Below are positions 38,561 through 51,420 of a DNA stretch of 64,000 bases, piece after piece (the first letter of the stretch is position 1; every line of letters starts with the position of its first letter). This DNA comes from Vicugna vicugna (lineage: Eukaryota): positions 1-64,000 of the forward strand of contig MU058017.1 of assembly GCA_013265495.1 (NCBI GenBank). Reading direction: 5' to 3'. A program made the translations under genes and the position numbers. The notes below the pieces were generated by a model. That model did no database searches. It saw only the letters and a list, made by a program, of their open reading frames with translations, and was not told the origin of the DNA.

Positions 38561-39819
38561 TTGAATCTGCTCAATTTCCAACTAGAATTTGCTTCAGATT
38601 TCATGAAAAGAGAGTAAGTGTGATTTAAATGTAATTTCTACTTTTGGAACACCTACAGTGAGCATTCTTTAGGTTTTGTAGTAGAACCTTCCTCCTGGAA
38701 GCTCAAAGCACTTTCATATAGAAAATTTCATCTGTCATCACCCAACTGCTGTAATGTAAGTTAGGCTCAGGTTTTAATTATTTCCTCATGTTCCATGCAG
38801 ATGATATGCTATTATTTTATAGTAAGTGAAGACTTCGAAGATATTGTCTCAAAGCCAAATAAAGGAAATCACTGTTTCTTTTCCTGAAAACAGGAATCGC
38901 CGTCAAGCTTTGGCAGGCCTGTGCCTGACCTTTTGTTCCTTCTATTATCTAAATACTTATTTGGCTTTAAGAAACCAGCCATGCATGTCTGGAATTATTA
39001 CTAAATGTAACCCTCTGATTGCAATACCAGTTTATAACTAAGAAAAAGGTAAGCTTCCCCATGCTGAGGTTTTGAAAAATGTCTTCTTGGTGAAGGCATG
39101 GACCACTGTCGGCTTCATCCTCAACTGGGTGCTTCTGCCTAAAACATCCCATCAATCTATAGCCTTTCACAAATGACTTGGCTAACTGCAGTCTGTATTA
39201 CCAAATATTCCAGGTCACAAACCTGTCAGAGGGACACAGCAATCACAGATCAGAGAGGAAGGGCTCCCTCTTACAGTTCTATTGTCCTATCTTGATGGGA
39301 TTTAGTGCAGTGGTTCCAGACCTGAGGTCCCGAGACTTCTAGAAGTCCTCCAAACACAAAAATAAAAGCCCACAGTTACTTCTAATAAAATTTGAAGTCA
39401 CACACGAATCGGATATTTTCACATCACTGTTTTGGTTTGCAAGAATCTCAACATAGTACAGTAACACTGTGGTATTACACCAACTAAGAGCCCCAGCTGG
39501 CTATTTTGGGGGTCTTTGAAAGAAAAAAAGAAAACAAATGAATTATTACTCAATACATGTGGTGAGTTTGGTGGCACACAGAAATCTTTTCAAACTTGAA
39601 GTCTGTGGGGGACCCTATGGTGGTAGAAGGTTGTCTACTCCTGTCTTCAGTTTGGACTCACAGTCACTCAGGGTGCAGAGCCCTCTATTGCACAGCATTC
39701 CCACCTAATTTGGCTTGATCCTTTACCAAGAAATTTGGAGATCCAAGAGCTTCTATGGGCCAAGGACTAAAAGCACAACAAAAGTTCACTGAAAAAACAA
39801 CTAGAAGTAGGCTGTTCCC

Positions 39820-40560
39820 ACTTATTCACTTATTCAGCAGATTTTTAGTGACCACTATCTGCCAGGCTCTGTGCTGAGCACTTGGAACACAAAGGTTCCT
39901 TCAAAGACCATTCTTGCCCTCATGGATATTACAGACTAGTAGGGGTGACAGACATTTATCAAATGATCACACAAAGAGAAGTAAAATTAGTCATGATAAA
40001 TGTTATCAAGGAGAGGTGCATGGAAACCTTATCTAGGAGATTTTAGTGAGCTGGGGAGTTATGAAAATCTTCTCCATAGAAGATAAACTTGAGCTAAAAC
40101 GTAGGGGTTGGGTAGGGGTTGACAAGTCCAGATGGGAAGAAGACACACTCTAGCCAAAGTAATCATTTATCAATAGTTTGTCAGGAGGAGGTTTGGTAAG
40201 TAAAAGGGCTAAAAGGAGGCCAGTTTGGTGGTGAGACTGGAGAGAACACAGGAGAGTCAGTGGAAACTGGGGCTGAAAGTATAGTGTTAAAATTTCCACC
40301 ATGAAGGATCTCTTAAGAATTCTGCTTCACCTTAAAATGGGCAAATATTGAAGGAGGGTGAATAGCATATGTTACATGATCAAAGTTGTGTGATTGGTTG
40401 GGTTATTTAAAGAATCACTTTGGTTACAAGTTGGAGAAAAGACTGGAGGGGGAGAGAAGAGACCAACTAGGATTCTATTGTTATAGTTCAGAGGTCATGG
40501 TGGCTGGGACTCTTACAGAGTTTGTAAAAAAATAGAAGCAGAAGAAATCAAAAGATTTAG
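39820..40560 (-). mobile_element. LINE-2 fragment
   Basis: 'ttattcagcagatttttagtgaccactatctgccaggctctgtgctgagcac...ttgccctcatgga'. Confidence 0.8.
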
Positions 40561-41274
40561 GAATCTCCTTCAAACTCTTTGGTAGCCCCAGATACCTTTG
40601 TCTTTGGACATCTTTGCATGTCTCCCAGGAGATTTTTCTTGGTTTCCCATTCTCCACCAGAGGAACCCCTCAGCCTCATAATTGGAGCCTACCCTCACTA
40701 GGTATAGCTGCCTTTCTCTGTGGTTTGCACTTCATGGTCCTTGACATGGGCTGCTTGCTTTATTGTTAAGTTGGCCTACTGCCTTCTTGGCAGAGCCTGC
40801 AGACTGTCACTCTGAGCATGATGAGTATAGCTGTAACACCAAAGGTAGTATCTACTTCCATGCCAGTCTGGTCCCCAGACAGGGCACCCCTTTAAAACGT
40901 AAAGGCTCCACTATGACCACCAGGGTTACTTAGCAATTCTCTGTTTAAGTATATCAAGGCTCCTTGGTTTAGAATTTGGAGGGCAGGAATACCAAAGTCA
41001 AATTCAGTAGAACAGATGCCTAAGTTCTTACCTCCAACTTCTAGCAGGACCACTATGTGGGTGGTAACTGGCTGAAGCTGTGCGATAGAGTGACCTTCAT
41101 CTCCCATTTGTTTTGTATATTATGTTCAGTGAGTGCTTAGTACTTGTCTATGGCAGGAATGAATTAAACAGTCAAAGATAAGTATCTAGTCTGATCTGCC
41201 CAGAGTCGAAAAGAAAGTAAAGTTATAAAGAGTAACTATATTCCAAAATCTAGCCAAAAATTCAGCAACAGAGG

Positions 41275-41416
41275 AAAAGGGAAGAAATTTGGTTGAAAAT
41301 AGAACCATGACAAGATGAAGAAAAAAGGGAAGAAATTTGGTTGAAAATAGAACCATGACAAGATGAAGAAAAAAGGGAAGAAATTTGGTTGAAAATAGAA
41401 CCATGACAAGATGAAG
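41275..41416. repeat. Minisatellite, 48-bp unit x about 3
   Basis: Unit gggaagaaatttggttgaaaatagaaccatgacaagatgaagaaaaaa, with essentially identical copies. Confidence 0.95.
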
Positions 41417-42255
41417 GAAAAAAAACTGGAAAAAGAAAGGTTTTGGTGAGAAGGTAGCATGGGAAAAAATGAATTGATTCTTATTTTGGCAGGAAAGAGA
41501 ACAAGCTGGAATTGCTGTATAATCTGATGGACACAGTGTGACTATGCATGTCCCAGCTGGTTTTACCTCAGGCTACTGTGACTGCCCCAACTTTCTTGAA
41601 GTCTGAGCTTCTGGATTGAAAAATCAGTCTAGACATTTTATTCTCAGACTTTCCAGAGGAAACTCAGACGGTAATATTATCAGTATGTCAAATTGAGAAC
41701 CTACATGGTTCTCACCTCATGACAGACATTTAGGCGATGTCCAAGGCAATTCAAAGGAATAAGGGACTATTTCCACTTTGTATGAAAGTAAATGCTTCCC
41801 TAAAGTCCATTATGTAGGTTGCTAAAAAAAAAAAAAAAAAGCTAATGCAGACTTTTAAAGTACTTGTTTAAATGCTAATATAAAAACAGGGAACATCAGA
41901 ATTTTCACCTTTTCTCTTTGTCATTTCTGCACATGTTTACATATTTTTATATTTAAGACAAAAAAAGTCTTGAATTCCAAAGAAAAACATGGAGATATGG
42001 TGAAAAGAACAAAGGACTCAGTGAAGATAAACAGGACTGAGTTTTAAGTTTACCTATGTGATCTGGGACCAGCTACTTAATCTCTCTGGATGCCTATACC
42101 TTCATTTTAAAAAAGTGTTGTGTGAATGATCTAGAAGAATTTTCTACCTTGAATACTCATTGATTCCATTTAGGATTGATAGCACAGAGTTACCCTTTTT
42201 ATGTACTAGATTTGGTAATGAGTATTAAGTATTTTTTAATGGAGAAGCAAGATAT

Positions 42256-42588
42256 TGTTAAATTAAATAAACAAGGAAGCCACACTGAGGTGGTTCTAGT
42301 GCCATGGTGGCCTATGTAAACAAACCAAAATTTAAGCCTATAAAATTTTAGCTTAAGGGCTACAAAACCAAAACCTAAGGACAATCACACACAGTCAACT
42401 AGGCTTTAAGTTGTAGCCAATCCAATAATCTTTCTTTGCTTCTATACATTCTCTGTGTAAGTCTTTCCCCTGGCTCCTGTCAGCAGAGCACTCCTAAATA
42501 CTTCTGGTTTGGTGCTTCCTGATTGAAATTGATTTTTGCTTAAATAAACTCTAAAATTTTTAAATATACCTTAGTTTATCTTTTAACA
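42256..42588 (+). mobile_element. Solo ERV1-type LTR (MER34/MER39-like)
   Basis: TGTTAAA...TTTAACA termini, perfect 4-bp TSD atat, AATAAA near 42543. Confidence 0.85.
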
Positions 42589-42924
42589 ATATTAAAGGCC
42601 TAATCTGGATTTTGTGTTACCTTGAGAAGTATTGTAATCAAATGTAAATTATACTTCAATAAAATTTTACATTTTTAGCTAGAGAGACGATACAAATTAA
42701 ACTTCTGATAAGCATTTTTTGGGTAAATTAATAAAAATAATTACTGACTTTCTTGCTTTGAATAATGAAAAATTTCAAGATGGGCAAACCATATTATAAA
42801 TGTGTATATATTTCTGCCAGACTTGTCTCTTACATGAACAAAAATAAATGGAGGTCGTTTGTGAAAGTCACAGAATTTGTACTTTGCTAGTTGAAGTAAA
42901 GGGAATGAGGTATTTGAGAGATAG

Positions 42925-43353
42925 TGAGACAGGAGGAAGGGGGGCAGGGCACAACCACTGTAAGAATGACAGAGCAACTGAGGACAAGACAAACTGGTTA
43001 GAACCAGGATGGCAGAAAATTCAACTTCCAATGGACCTTGAGCTTCATGACACACCCACAGGCACCATGACATTTCCTTGATGGACCATAACGGTCAAAA
43101 AGTAGGTGGGGGTGGGGGGGTCTAATTCCTGTCCCTTCCCCAACATAGTTGGAATAATCCTACCACTCTTTAGCACATGAAATTACCGAGCCCATAAAAA
43201 CTGCACTTGTGGTCGCTTTCTCTCTTGCCTTCTGAGATGGCCCACACTCTGTCTATGGAGTGTGTATCTCCCTGAATAAACTTGTTTTCGTTTTATTATG
43301 CCTCACTCTTGAATTCTTTCCTGTGTGAGACAAGAACCTATTCTCCAGTAACA
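42925..43353 (+). mobile_element. Solo ERV1-type LTR
   Basis: TG...CA termini, 4-bp TSD atag/acag, TATA-like cataaaaa near 43193, AATAAA near 43275, and 'ttgaattctttcctgtgtgagacaagaacc'. Confidence 0.85.
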
Positions 43354-43974
43354 ACAGAATTCTTCTGATATATCCAACAATACTTTGAGGATACTATGCT
43401 GGGTACTTTGTTGATGGTGATGAACGAAACGGGCCTGGTCTCTGCTGCCACAGAGCTTACAGTGAAGTTATTTCTAGCCTCTGCATATCTACCACCTTAC
43501 TTTTTGGTAGAACTCAGAGACACAGAACATAAACCACAGAGATATTAGGAAAGTTTCCTCATACTCCCAAGTTAGCTTATGAAATGGCATGATAAAAATT
43601 CAAGTCTAGTAATACACTGTGTGGACTCCAATGTGCTGTCACTTAGTCTAACAAAGGTAGGTTAGTGGGGATAGTAGGAGATATATGAGTCCTCAAAGGG
43701 ACCCCCATTAAAACATATGGCTCTTCCAAAAGCAAACAGTCTGAATCATCTGTATCATTTTAATGAAACTGTGAGGACCAGTAATGCATAGTCTATTCTA
43801 AAGTCACCTCTATGCAAAGAGAATTGGCCAGGAGGGAATTCCAAAGTAATTACATTATTGATGGTGCCAGAACCCAAGTCATTAACATTTGACCTCTGCT
43901 AAATTGCTTTGTTATAAAATTAATTAAATACTTCAAATAGTTCTTGTCTGACCTTCCTTCTTTCTCTACCACAT

Positions 43975-44143
43975 AGTTACCAGAAATAGTATAAAAAAAA
44001 ATTCAGGGATGCCCAGGTGAATTTAAATCTCAGATAAACAACAAATATGATTTTAGGATAAGTATGTCCCATGCAATATCTGGCTCATACTTACATTAAA
44101 AGTCAAATTGGACTGGGCATCCTGTATTTCATCTAGCAATGCT
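43975..44143. mobile_element. MER3/MER33-like hAT MITE
   Basis: Internal inverted pair 'cagggatgcccag' / 'ctgggcatcctg' around 'cagataaacaacaaat...taagtatgtcccatgcaatat'. Confidence 0.75.
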
Positions 44144-45439
44144 ACTACCACAGGCCACCTCTCTACCATGGTTTGCCTAAGAAACACTCTACATGTGTAT
44201 TTTTATTACAGACCAAAACACTGACTCTAATTTGAAGGTTGGAGAAATCCCCTCTCTGAAGATCCTCAGGCCTAATAAATACCAAATTTGTCAGAAAATA
44301 TTTCATTAAATCCTTTCCTGCAGTAGCGGAGTGGCCTAGGTGGCTTCTGTGAATCCCCTTCAATCTGACATTTTTAAGTCTCTAAGTCACATGATGATAA
44401 AATCATAAGCTTTCTGAAGCTTCATGAAGGCAAGGATGGTATGTATCTCCCCAGTGCCTGGCACAATACTTAAAAGAAGTGCTAACCACAGTAAGCATTC
44501 AGTAAATATATATCGTATAAGTAAAGAAAAGGAAAAAAAAAAATCCCTGAAATCTGCTATGCCAGAAATAACAAACTAGAGTAGATGTTTGTTTTCAGCT
44601 ATGAACCCAGAAGCACATGGCCCCACAGACCCTTTACAGCTACAGTATTACATCTGTGGCTGAAGCTGCATTCTATGGTGATACATGCGGGTTTCTAGAA
44701 GGCCTAAGGCTCTCTGGACAGGTTGAGCCAAACCAGAGGGTGGTTTTTTTTTTTCCAGGTGCCATGAAGGGGCTGCCAAAAAGTAATATTTTGACTCCTA
44801 AACTTAAATCCTTTTATGGCCCCACTGGGCTACCTGGGTTTTTTCTTAATCCACAGCGGGAGGCTTTTGGGAGCACTTAAGAGACTTAAATTGGGGTTTG
44901 CAAAGGAGAATTTGTTTATGACTAACAAATATCATTTTGACCTCAAAAAATACAAAAAGAGTAATCAAGAAAGAAGATAAAACTCATTAATTTATATTTA
45001 ATTTGGCCTTCACTCAGCTATTGGGGAAATTTTGAGGCTTTTCCAGATTTGCCTTTTTAAAAGGATCTCCAAGGGGAAAGACTTACTATTTCAATAATGC
45101 TTCTGTTTTCAAACTTTCCCCAATAGAAATTTAAAAATAGGAAGAAAGAAAATATAGAATTCTGTCCCATGGTCCTTTAGGCAATGATTCATGTTTCAAG
45201 ACTATTTTTAATTAAACAAAAAAAAAGAAGGGTTCATCTTAGCTTGAAATTAGGTGTCATATTTCTACCAGAAATTATTATCCCCCTCTCTTTCTCTCAT
45301 GTATGTTGGGGGAGGGGGTGTGGTAAGAGTAAAATTTGCATGTTTCCATCATAAAGCATATGTCTATTGAGTTGCTTTTTCCACTGGCACTACCTGAAAC
45401 ATTTAATACATACTGAGCAGTCAAAATGAGAATAAGGCT

Positions 45440-45690
45440 TCTGAAGCAAATTTGTAAAAAACAGAAAGTAAAATGGTATTTTCCAGAGACAGAAGGGAAG
45501 GGGAAATGAGGAGCTGTTATTTAATGGGTATAAATGGAGTTTCAGTTTTGCAAGATGAAAAAGTTCTCAAAGTTCTGTTGCATAAAAACGTGAATATGCT
45601 CAACATTGCTGAACTGTACATTTCAAAATGCTTAAAGTGACAAATTTTATGTTACATGCTTTATACCACCATTCAGAAAAATGACAAAAA
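45440..45690 (+). mobile_element. Old LINE-1 (L1MA/MB-like) 3' end
   Basis: 'acagaaagtaaaatggta...tttaatgggta...gagtttcagttttgcaagatgaaaaagttct...gaactgtacatttcaaaatg...aaattttatgtta'. Confidence 0.85.
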
Positions 45691-46636
45691 TTCAAAATAT
45701 GTTAATCATTAAGAATCCCAGCAGGATTGGGAGTAAAACCTAAATCTTTATATACAGCTTAGATACGTGTTTTCTGAGTTACATATGCAGTAATCATACC
45801 AAAATTACGTCATTTTTTGAACGACATACCAGGCATGAAGAACTAAAGATATGAAAACAAATGAGATATCTTTCCTTGAGTGTGTGGCAGTCAGAAAATG
45901 AATATAAACTAATTATTATGAACAAAAATTATAAAATTTTTAAGTTATATTTTTCTATGCATTAGAGAATCATTTGTGGAAATGTAAGGTCATTCAGTTA
46001 TTCAAGTATTTGCTAAATCTCTTTACATAAGAGACAATCTTTTATTCTGAAGTAGCTTTCAATAGAGTAGTAAAGATACAACATCAATAACTTTGTTCAA
46101 ACCTTTCTACTTTATATTATGCTTTTACATTTCCTTGGGAAGATTTCAGTTTTCTTATTAATAAAATAGTACTGCTGTAAGCCTTAAGTGAAGGGGTGTG
46201 TGTGTGTGTGTGTGTGTGCACTTGTGCATGCATGCATATGCATGCATGTGTATGTGTGTTCATAGATTAACACAATGCCTGGCATACTGAAAACTTTTGG
46301 TTAATAGTAACCATAATTATTGCCATCAAGTTCCTCATTTGACTGTTATCACAACCCTGAGATGGAGAGGAGAGCTCTGAGATTCAGGGAGATTAGGTGC
46401 TTTTCCAAGAATCACATAGCCTGGAGGTTCCAGAATCAAATCTTGACTTTTGCCTTTTGACTTCAGGTTTCTTTCATTATAGTAAGCTTTCTTCAGAATT
46501 TTCCAAATTGAAGAAAAGACATGTGTCATCAAATTAAAGTGTATCTGAATTGCAAGCAGGATTTAAAAACATTACATACCTAGGTTTGTTTTAATGAAAC
46601 TTCAAAGCATCAAAGATAAAGAGAAAAATCTTAAAA

Positions 46637-47254
46637 TGAGGTGGGAAACCTCATGAAAAAGACCTGCAGGACCCCCAGGCAGGGCCATTACTCTCCTGCC
46701 AGCACCATCTGGTTTCCTGGCTCAGCAGCATTATCTCACTTTTTGCCTCTGAAACGGCTTACTTCTAAGAAAGTGGAACTTACCCCTAAGATTCTATTGG
46801 TTCCCTGAGCTAACTCCTGATTAGTCCATTTGTAGCGCTTCATTTTCATGGAGCTCACTCCTGATTGGTCCGTCCCTAACACTCCTGATTGGCCCATTTC
46901 TACCACTCCTAATTGGTCCATTTCTGCCACTCCTGATTGGTCCATTTCTACCACTCCTGATTGGTCCATTTCTACAAGCTTGTTCTTAATTAGTTACCCT
47001 TGTTATACCTTATTTGCATATGATGTTACAAAATGTTGCAAAGTCTACACTAGTAGCCTATAAAAGCCTGTGTAAACCTACAGACGGGGCCCAGAGCTTG
47101 GAGTGTTAACTCCTTTGGGCCTACTGGCATAATAAACCTGAGTTCTCCAACCCTCCATGTGCTGCTTGGTCTCTCACCTGAATCCAGTTTGCTGTCTCAA
47201 CTGAGCCAAAACACTGAGCCATAACACTGAGCTGTAACACACTTTGCTGCAACA
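46637..47254 (+). mobile_element. Solo ERV1-type LTR with a tandem CCAAT-box array
   Basis: TG...CA termini, TSD aaaa, five 24-bp units actcctgattggtccatttctacc (46857-46976), TATA gcctataaaag near 47057, AATAAA at 47131. Confidence 0.9.
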
Positions 47255-49753
47255 AAAAGTGACCCCAGAGAAAAGACAGATTATCTACAACTGAATAATC
47301 ATTAGACTGACTTCATTATTTACCACCAGAAATAGGAGAGGCCAGTAAAATTTGGAGCACATCTTCAAAAGGCTGAGGGATAGTAACTCACTCCAGAACG
47401 GAGCGATGCTTTGCTATTTTTCCAATAGTGAGAACAAAACAAAGACATTGAAATATAGAAGGACTTCCAAAATTCACCACACATAGATTCTTAATTTTAA
47501 AAAATTCTTAAAAAAGATTTGTCAGCAAAGAGAGCAGTAAACTTAAAGGGAAGGAAAGCGGTAGCAAAACCAAATTTTAAAATGGATTCTACTAAATATA
47601 TTGATACATATAATTTTTTCAAAAATATCTAATTAACATTTTCCTCAGTTTTAAACATCTAAAACAAACGCTTTGCAAAATTTAAAATACAATGGGATTT
47701 TAATTGATACCTAAAGTGAATTAAGATCCATGTGTTGTGGAGGAAGGTAAAATAGTCACCTTTGTTAGAAAATGTGATATTTAAATCTACATGTTAAAAG
47801 AGTAAGAGTGACAACCCCCAAAAAATAAATATAGTTCATGGTGTCCAAACTAGCAGAGGAAAAAAAATTTATACATGATGGTTAAATTTATAAAAAAGAA
47901 AAGCAGAACCAATGAAATGCTACCCAAAGTGGAACTGATATAGTAATAATAATATCATACAAAATAGAATTAAAGGCAAAAAGCACTGATGGAAATGTAG
48001 GGAGTCAATAATAGAAAGAATAATTCTGTAACTAATCATAACATGTGTAAGCTTATATATATCTAATAAAATAGTCTTAAAATACAAAAAGCAAAAACTG
48101 GCAGTAGTAGTATAGTATTGGACCAGTGTGGACAATGGAGTCAGACTTACTGGGTTTAAACCTTGCCTGTACCAATTACTAGCTTTGCAAACTTCATCTT
48201 GTAACTTATTTGTCCCTCAGTTTCTTGAAATTTCTTGAAATTAAGGGACAAAGAAAATGTTTCAACTATTTCCAATAATTTATATTATAAAACAGTATCT
48301 TCTTACCATAATGCATTAAATATTTAATAAAAATAAAAGTTATTTTAGGAAAGTTGATATATTCTCATATGTAAAGTATGAGTAAAAGAAAAGATTACAA
48401 TAGAAATTAGAGAATATTTATCACTTAATAAAAATAAAAGCACTACATATAAAAACCTGTGAGAAGCTGGTATAGCAGAAGAGGGAAATTTATAGACATA
48501 AATGCCTTTATTAAAAATAAATTGAAAACAATTCAGACAATAGTTTAACTGAGAATAGAACAAATCAAATGAAAGGTGAAGCAAAGAAAAACTAACGATA
48601 GTAATAGAGAACAATAAAATCAACAAAACAAATACTATATCTTTTAAAGAAAGAAAGTAAGCTGACCTGATCAGTAGAAGAGAGAAAGAACATCAAAAAT
48701 AATAATGGAAAAAGGGACTGGAAATGGTAAAAAGAGAAATGGTAATATTTCCATGGAATTTTTTAAATATTATAAAAACATTATGGAGAAATTATGCTAA
48801 TAAACTTGTAGACTGAGATGAAATTGAGAACTTTCCAGACAAACATAAGTTGGCAAAATTGCCTGAGGAAGAAATAATAACCATTAAATAAGTTAAGTAA
48901 ATTATATAATCTTATCTTAGCTAAAAATACCAAACTTTTAGGAACAAATGATTCAAACCATATAAAAATGCTTCAGAGAATAGCTAATGAGGGGAAATTA
49001 CCCAGCTAGTTCTATGAGACAAACATATGTTTATACCCAAAGCAGACATGAACAATAAAAGAAACAAAATCTTGTAAACAGATGAAAAAATTCAATAAAT
49101 TTTGAGTCATTTATTACAATTTTTAGCAAATTAGGAATAGGAGAATTTCTGAAACTTATCTACAGTAAACACCACACTTAAATGTAAAACTTTAGAAGCA
49201 TTTTGATTAAACTCAGGAACAATATGAGGATGCCTATTACTTCTAACAAACAGTGCACTGGAAATCCAAGGCAAACTATAAGGTAAGTTAAAAAAAAAAA
49301 GTAAGAAGTATAACAAGTGCAAAAATTAGCAAAATTATCTTTATTGAGAAAATATTGGTTATAGAATCCAAGAACATTTACAAGCAATTGGGACTAATAA
49401 GAGAATACTCAGCAAGTTTGCCAGATATGAGATCAATATATGAAAATCAATAGCATCCCTACATATGAACAATCACTAATGAGTAAAATGGCAGTAAAGT
49501 ACTTACTAATAATAAGATAATAAAAAGCAGTAAAGCAGCTTTTAATAAGCCTATCAAAAGCTGCATAGTAAATTTTCGACAGAGCAAGCTATAAATTTGA
49601 ATAAAATTTTAAAGCACTGAATAAAGAGAAAAGTATGCCAAGACAATACATCCAAAAGATATCAGTTCACTCTAATTCATTCTACAATTTTTATCCAGTT
49701 TTGACTATAATCCCAGAAAGAATGTGTGTGCTTGTTTAATGGAACTTGCCAAA

Positions 49754-50059
49754 TGTCAGCCATGGGAGGCTGGAGAGGGATCCGAGGAGGTGAGCTGCCC
49801 AACTGGAAGAAGGCACGAGGAGCCGACATAAGGCGCAAGGATCTGACATGGAGCAAAACAGCACTTCATTGACACACAAGAGTGGCGCGCACTCAGACGT
49901 ATGCACTCGTCCTTTTATTATGCCCAGGCATGCGTATTGTTCATAATGCTTACTCATGCTACTAGCACATGCGTACATTTACTTCTTACCTCACACACAT
50001 GCAAGTTATTGTGAACTTTGACCTGGATCCCACGACCTACTCACTTAAGACTACCGACA
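49754..50059 (-). mobile_element. Short (306 bp), CpG-rich solo LTR-like insertion in an old L1
   Basis: TGTC...GACA termini. Interrupts contiguous L1 text. Imperfect 5-bp TSD ccaaa/ccacg. Minus-strand TATA-like 'cataataaaagg' followed by 'aatgaa'. Confidence 0.7.
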
Positions 50060-50939
50060 CCACGTTTATTCTAAAAGTCATATAAATGAATAAAAATCTA
50101 AGATTAAGTAAGAAATTTAGAAAAAAATTAGAAACAAAGAGAATAGCAAGATATTTTAACGCTGAAGTAAATAAAATAGTGTAAAGCAGAAACTGAAATA
50201 AACTGACAGTGTCAGAGAAAAGAGACAAACAGATTCATACATATATTGATGTATGAAAGAGAGGTGATATTACAAATCAATGAGAAAACAGTAATTTTTC
50301 ACAAATATTTTGAGAATTGGGTATCCAAATAAAAAACAACTACTTCCAAATATTTGACAGCCCTAAGTATGAAAAGCAAAACTTAACCTTTTCAAAGAAA
50401 ATATAGAATATGTTTATGATCTTGAAGATAGGAAGGAGATATAAGACCTAAAATGCAAAATTCATTAAGTAAAAACTGACACATTTGTCTACATTATAAT
50501 TAAAACTTTGTATTAAATAAAAAGTTAAAGAAAGCCACAGAATGGGAATTTGTATTCACATGGGGTTTTACCAATAAAGATTTTATTTTCAGAATATATA
50601 ACTATTTACAAATAAATAAGAAAAGAATAACAACCCAACCTATATAAAGACCAATAATATACATGAACAAGATGTTCAAGAAAAAAATGTTCCAACGGCC
50701 AATAACATAGAAGTTAAAATGCTCAACCCCACAAATAATTAGGGAAATGAAAATTAAAACCACTTGCAAATTAAAACTACCTACCTTTTAAAACTCAGCA
50801 GACAAAATTTTTAAGTCTGGCAATACTCTAGGCTTGTAAAGATTAAGGGGTCACTGGGATTCTCATACACCAATAGCACGCACAGAAACTGGCATAGCTA
50901 TTTCGGAGAGAAATTTAACAATAGTAAAGTTTAATATGC

Positions 50940-51420
50940 TGTATTCGTTTCTATTGCTTTGTAACAAATCACTACAAATTTCACCACTTCAAACAATGCA
51001 AATTTGTTAGCTTACAGTTCTGAAGGTCAGAAGTTTGTCCCGAGTCTCACTTGGCTAAAATCAAGGTGTCAGTCTGCTGGGCTGCATTCCTTTCTGGAGG
51101 CTCTGAGAGAGAATCTATTTTCCCTGCCTTTTTCTAGCTTCTAGGGGCTATTTATTCCTCAGCTCATGGCCCCCTTCCTCCATCTTCAAAACCAGCAACA
51201 GCTGGTTCTTTTCAGGTTCTATCTTCTAAACCTCGATTTTACTTCCTTGTCTGATTTCAAGGACTCATGTGATTAGATTGGGCCCCCCTGAGTAAGCCAA
51301 GATAATCTCCCCTTCTGAAGAAACTTAACCTTAATCACATTTGTGAAATCCCTTTTGCCATGTAAAGGAACAAATTCACAGATTCCAAGGATACCTTTAG
51401 GGGAGCCATTAGTCTACTTA
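50940..51420 (-). mobile_element. MLT1 (B/C/D-like) MaLR LTR
   Basis: 'tgtattcgtttctattgctttgtaacaaatcactacaaa...cttacagttctgaaggtcagaag...ggctaaaatcaaggtgtc...ccttttgccatgtaaagg'. Confidence 0.9.

Noticed and set aside
39308..39645. Possible hAT/Charlie DNA transposon remnant (cagtggttcc start)
   Set aside because: I could not establish matching terminal inverted repeats or an 8-bp TSD by eye.
41186..41460. Two ORFs with 16-aa periodicity
   Set aside because: They are produced by the 48-bp minisatellite. There is no splice or homology support.
46857..46976. 24-bp repeats as a CRISPR array or a repeat-protein ORF
   Set aside because: The units are contiguous with no unique spacers, lie inside an LTR in mammalian DNA, and have no cas genes nearby. 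The periodic ORFs are a by-product.
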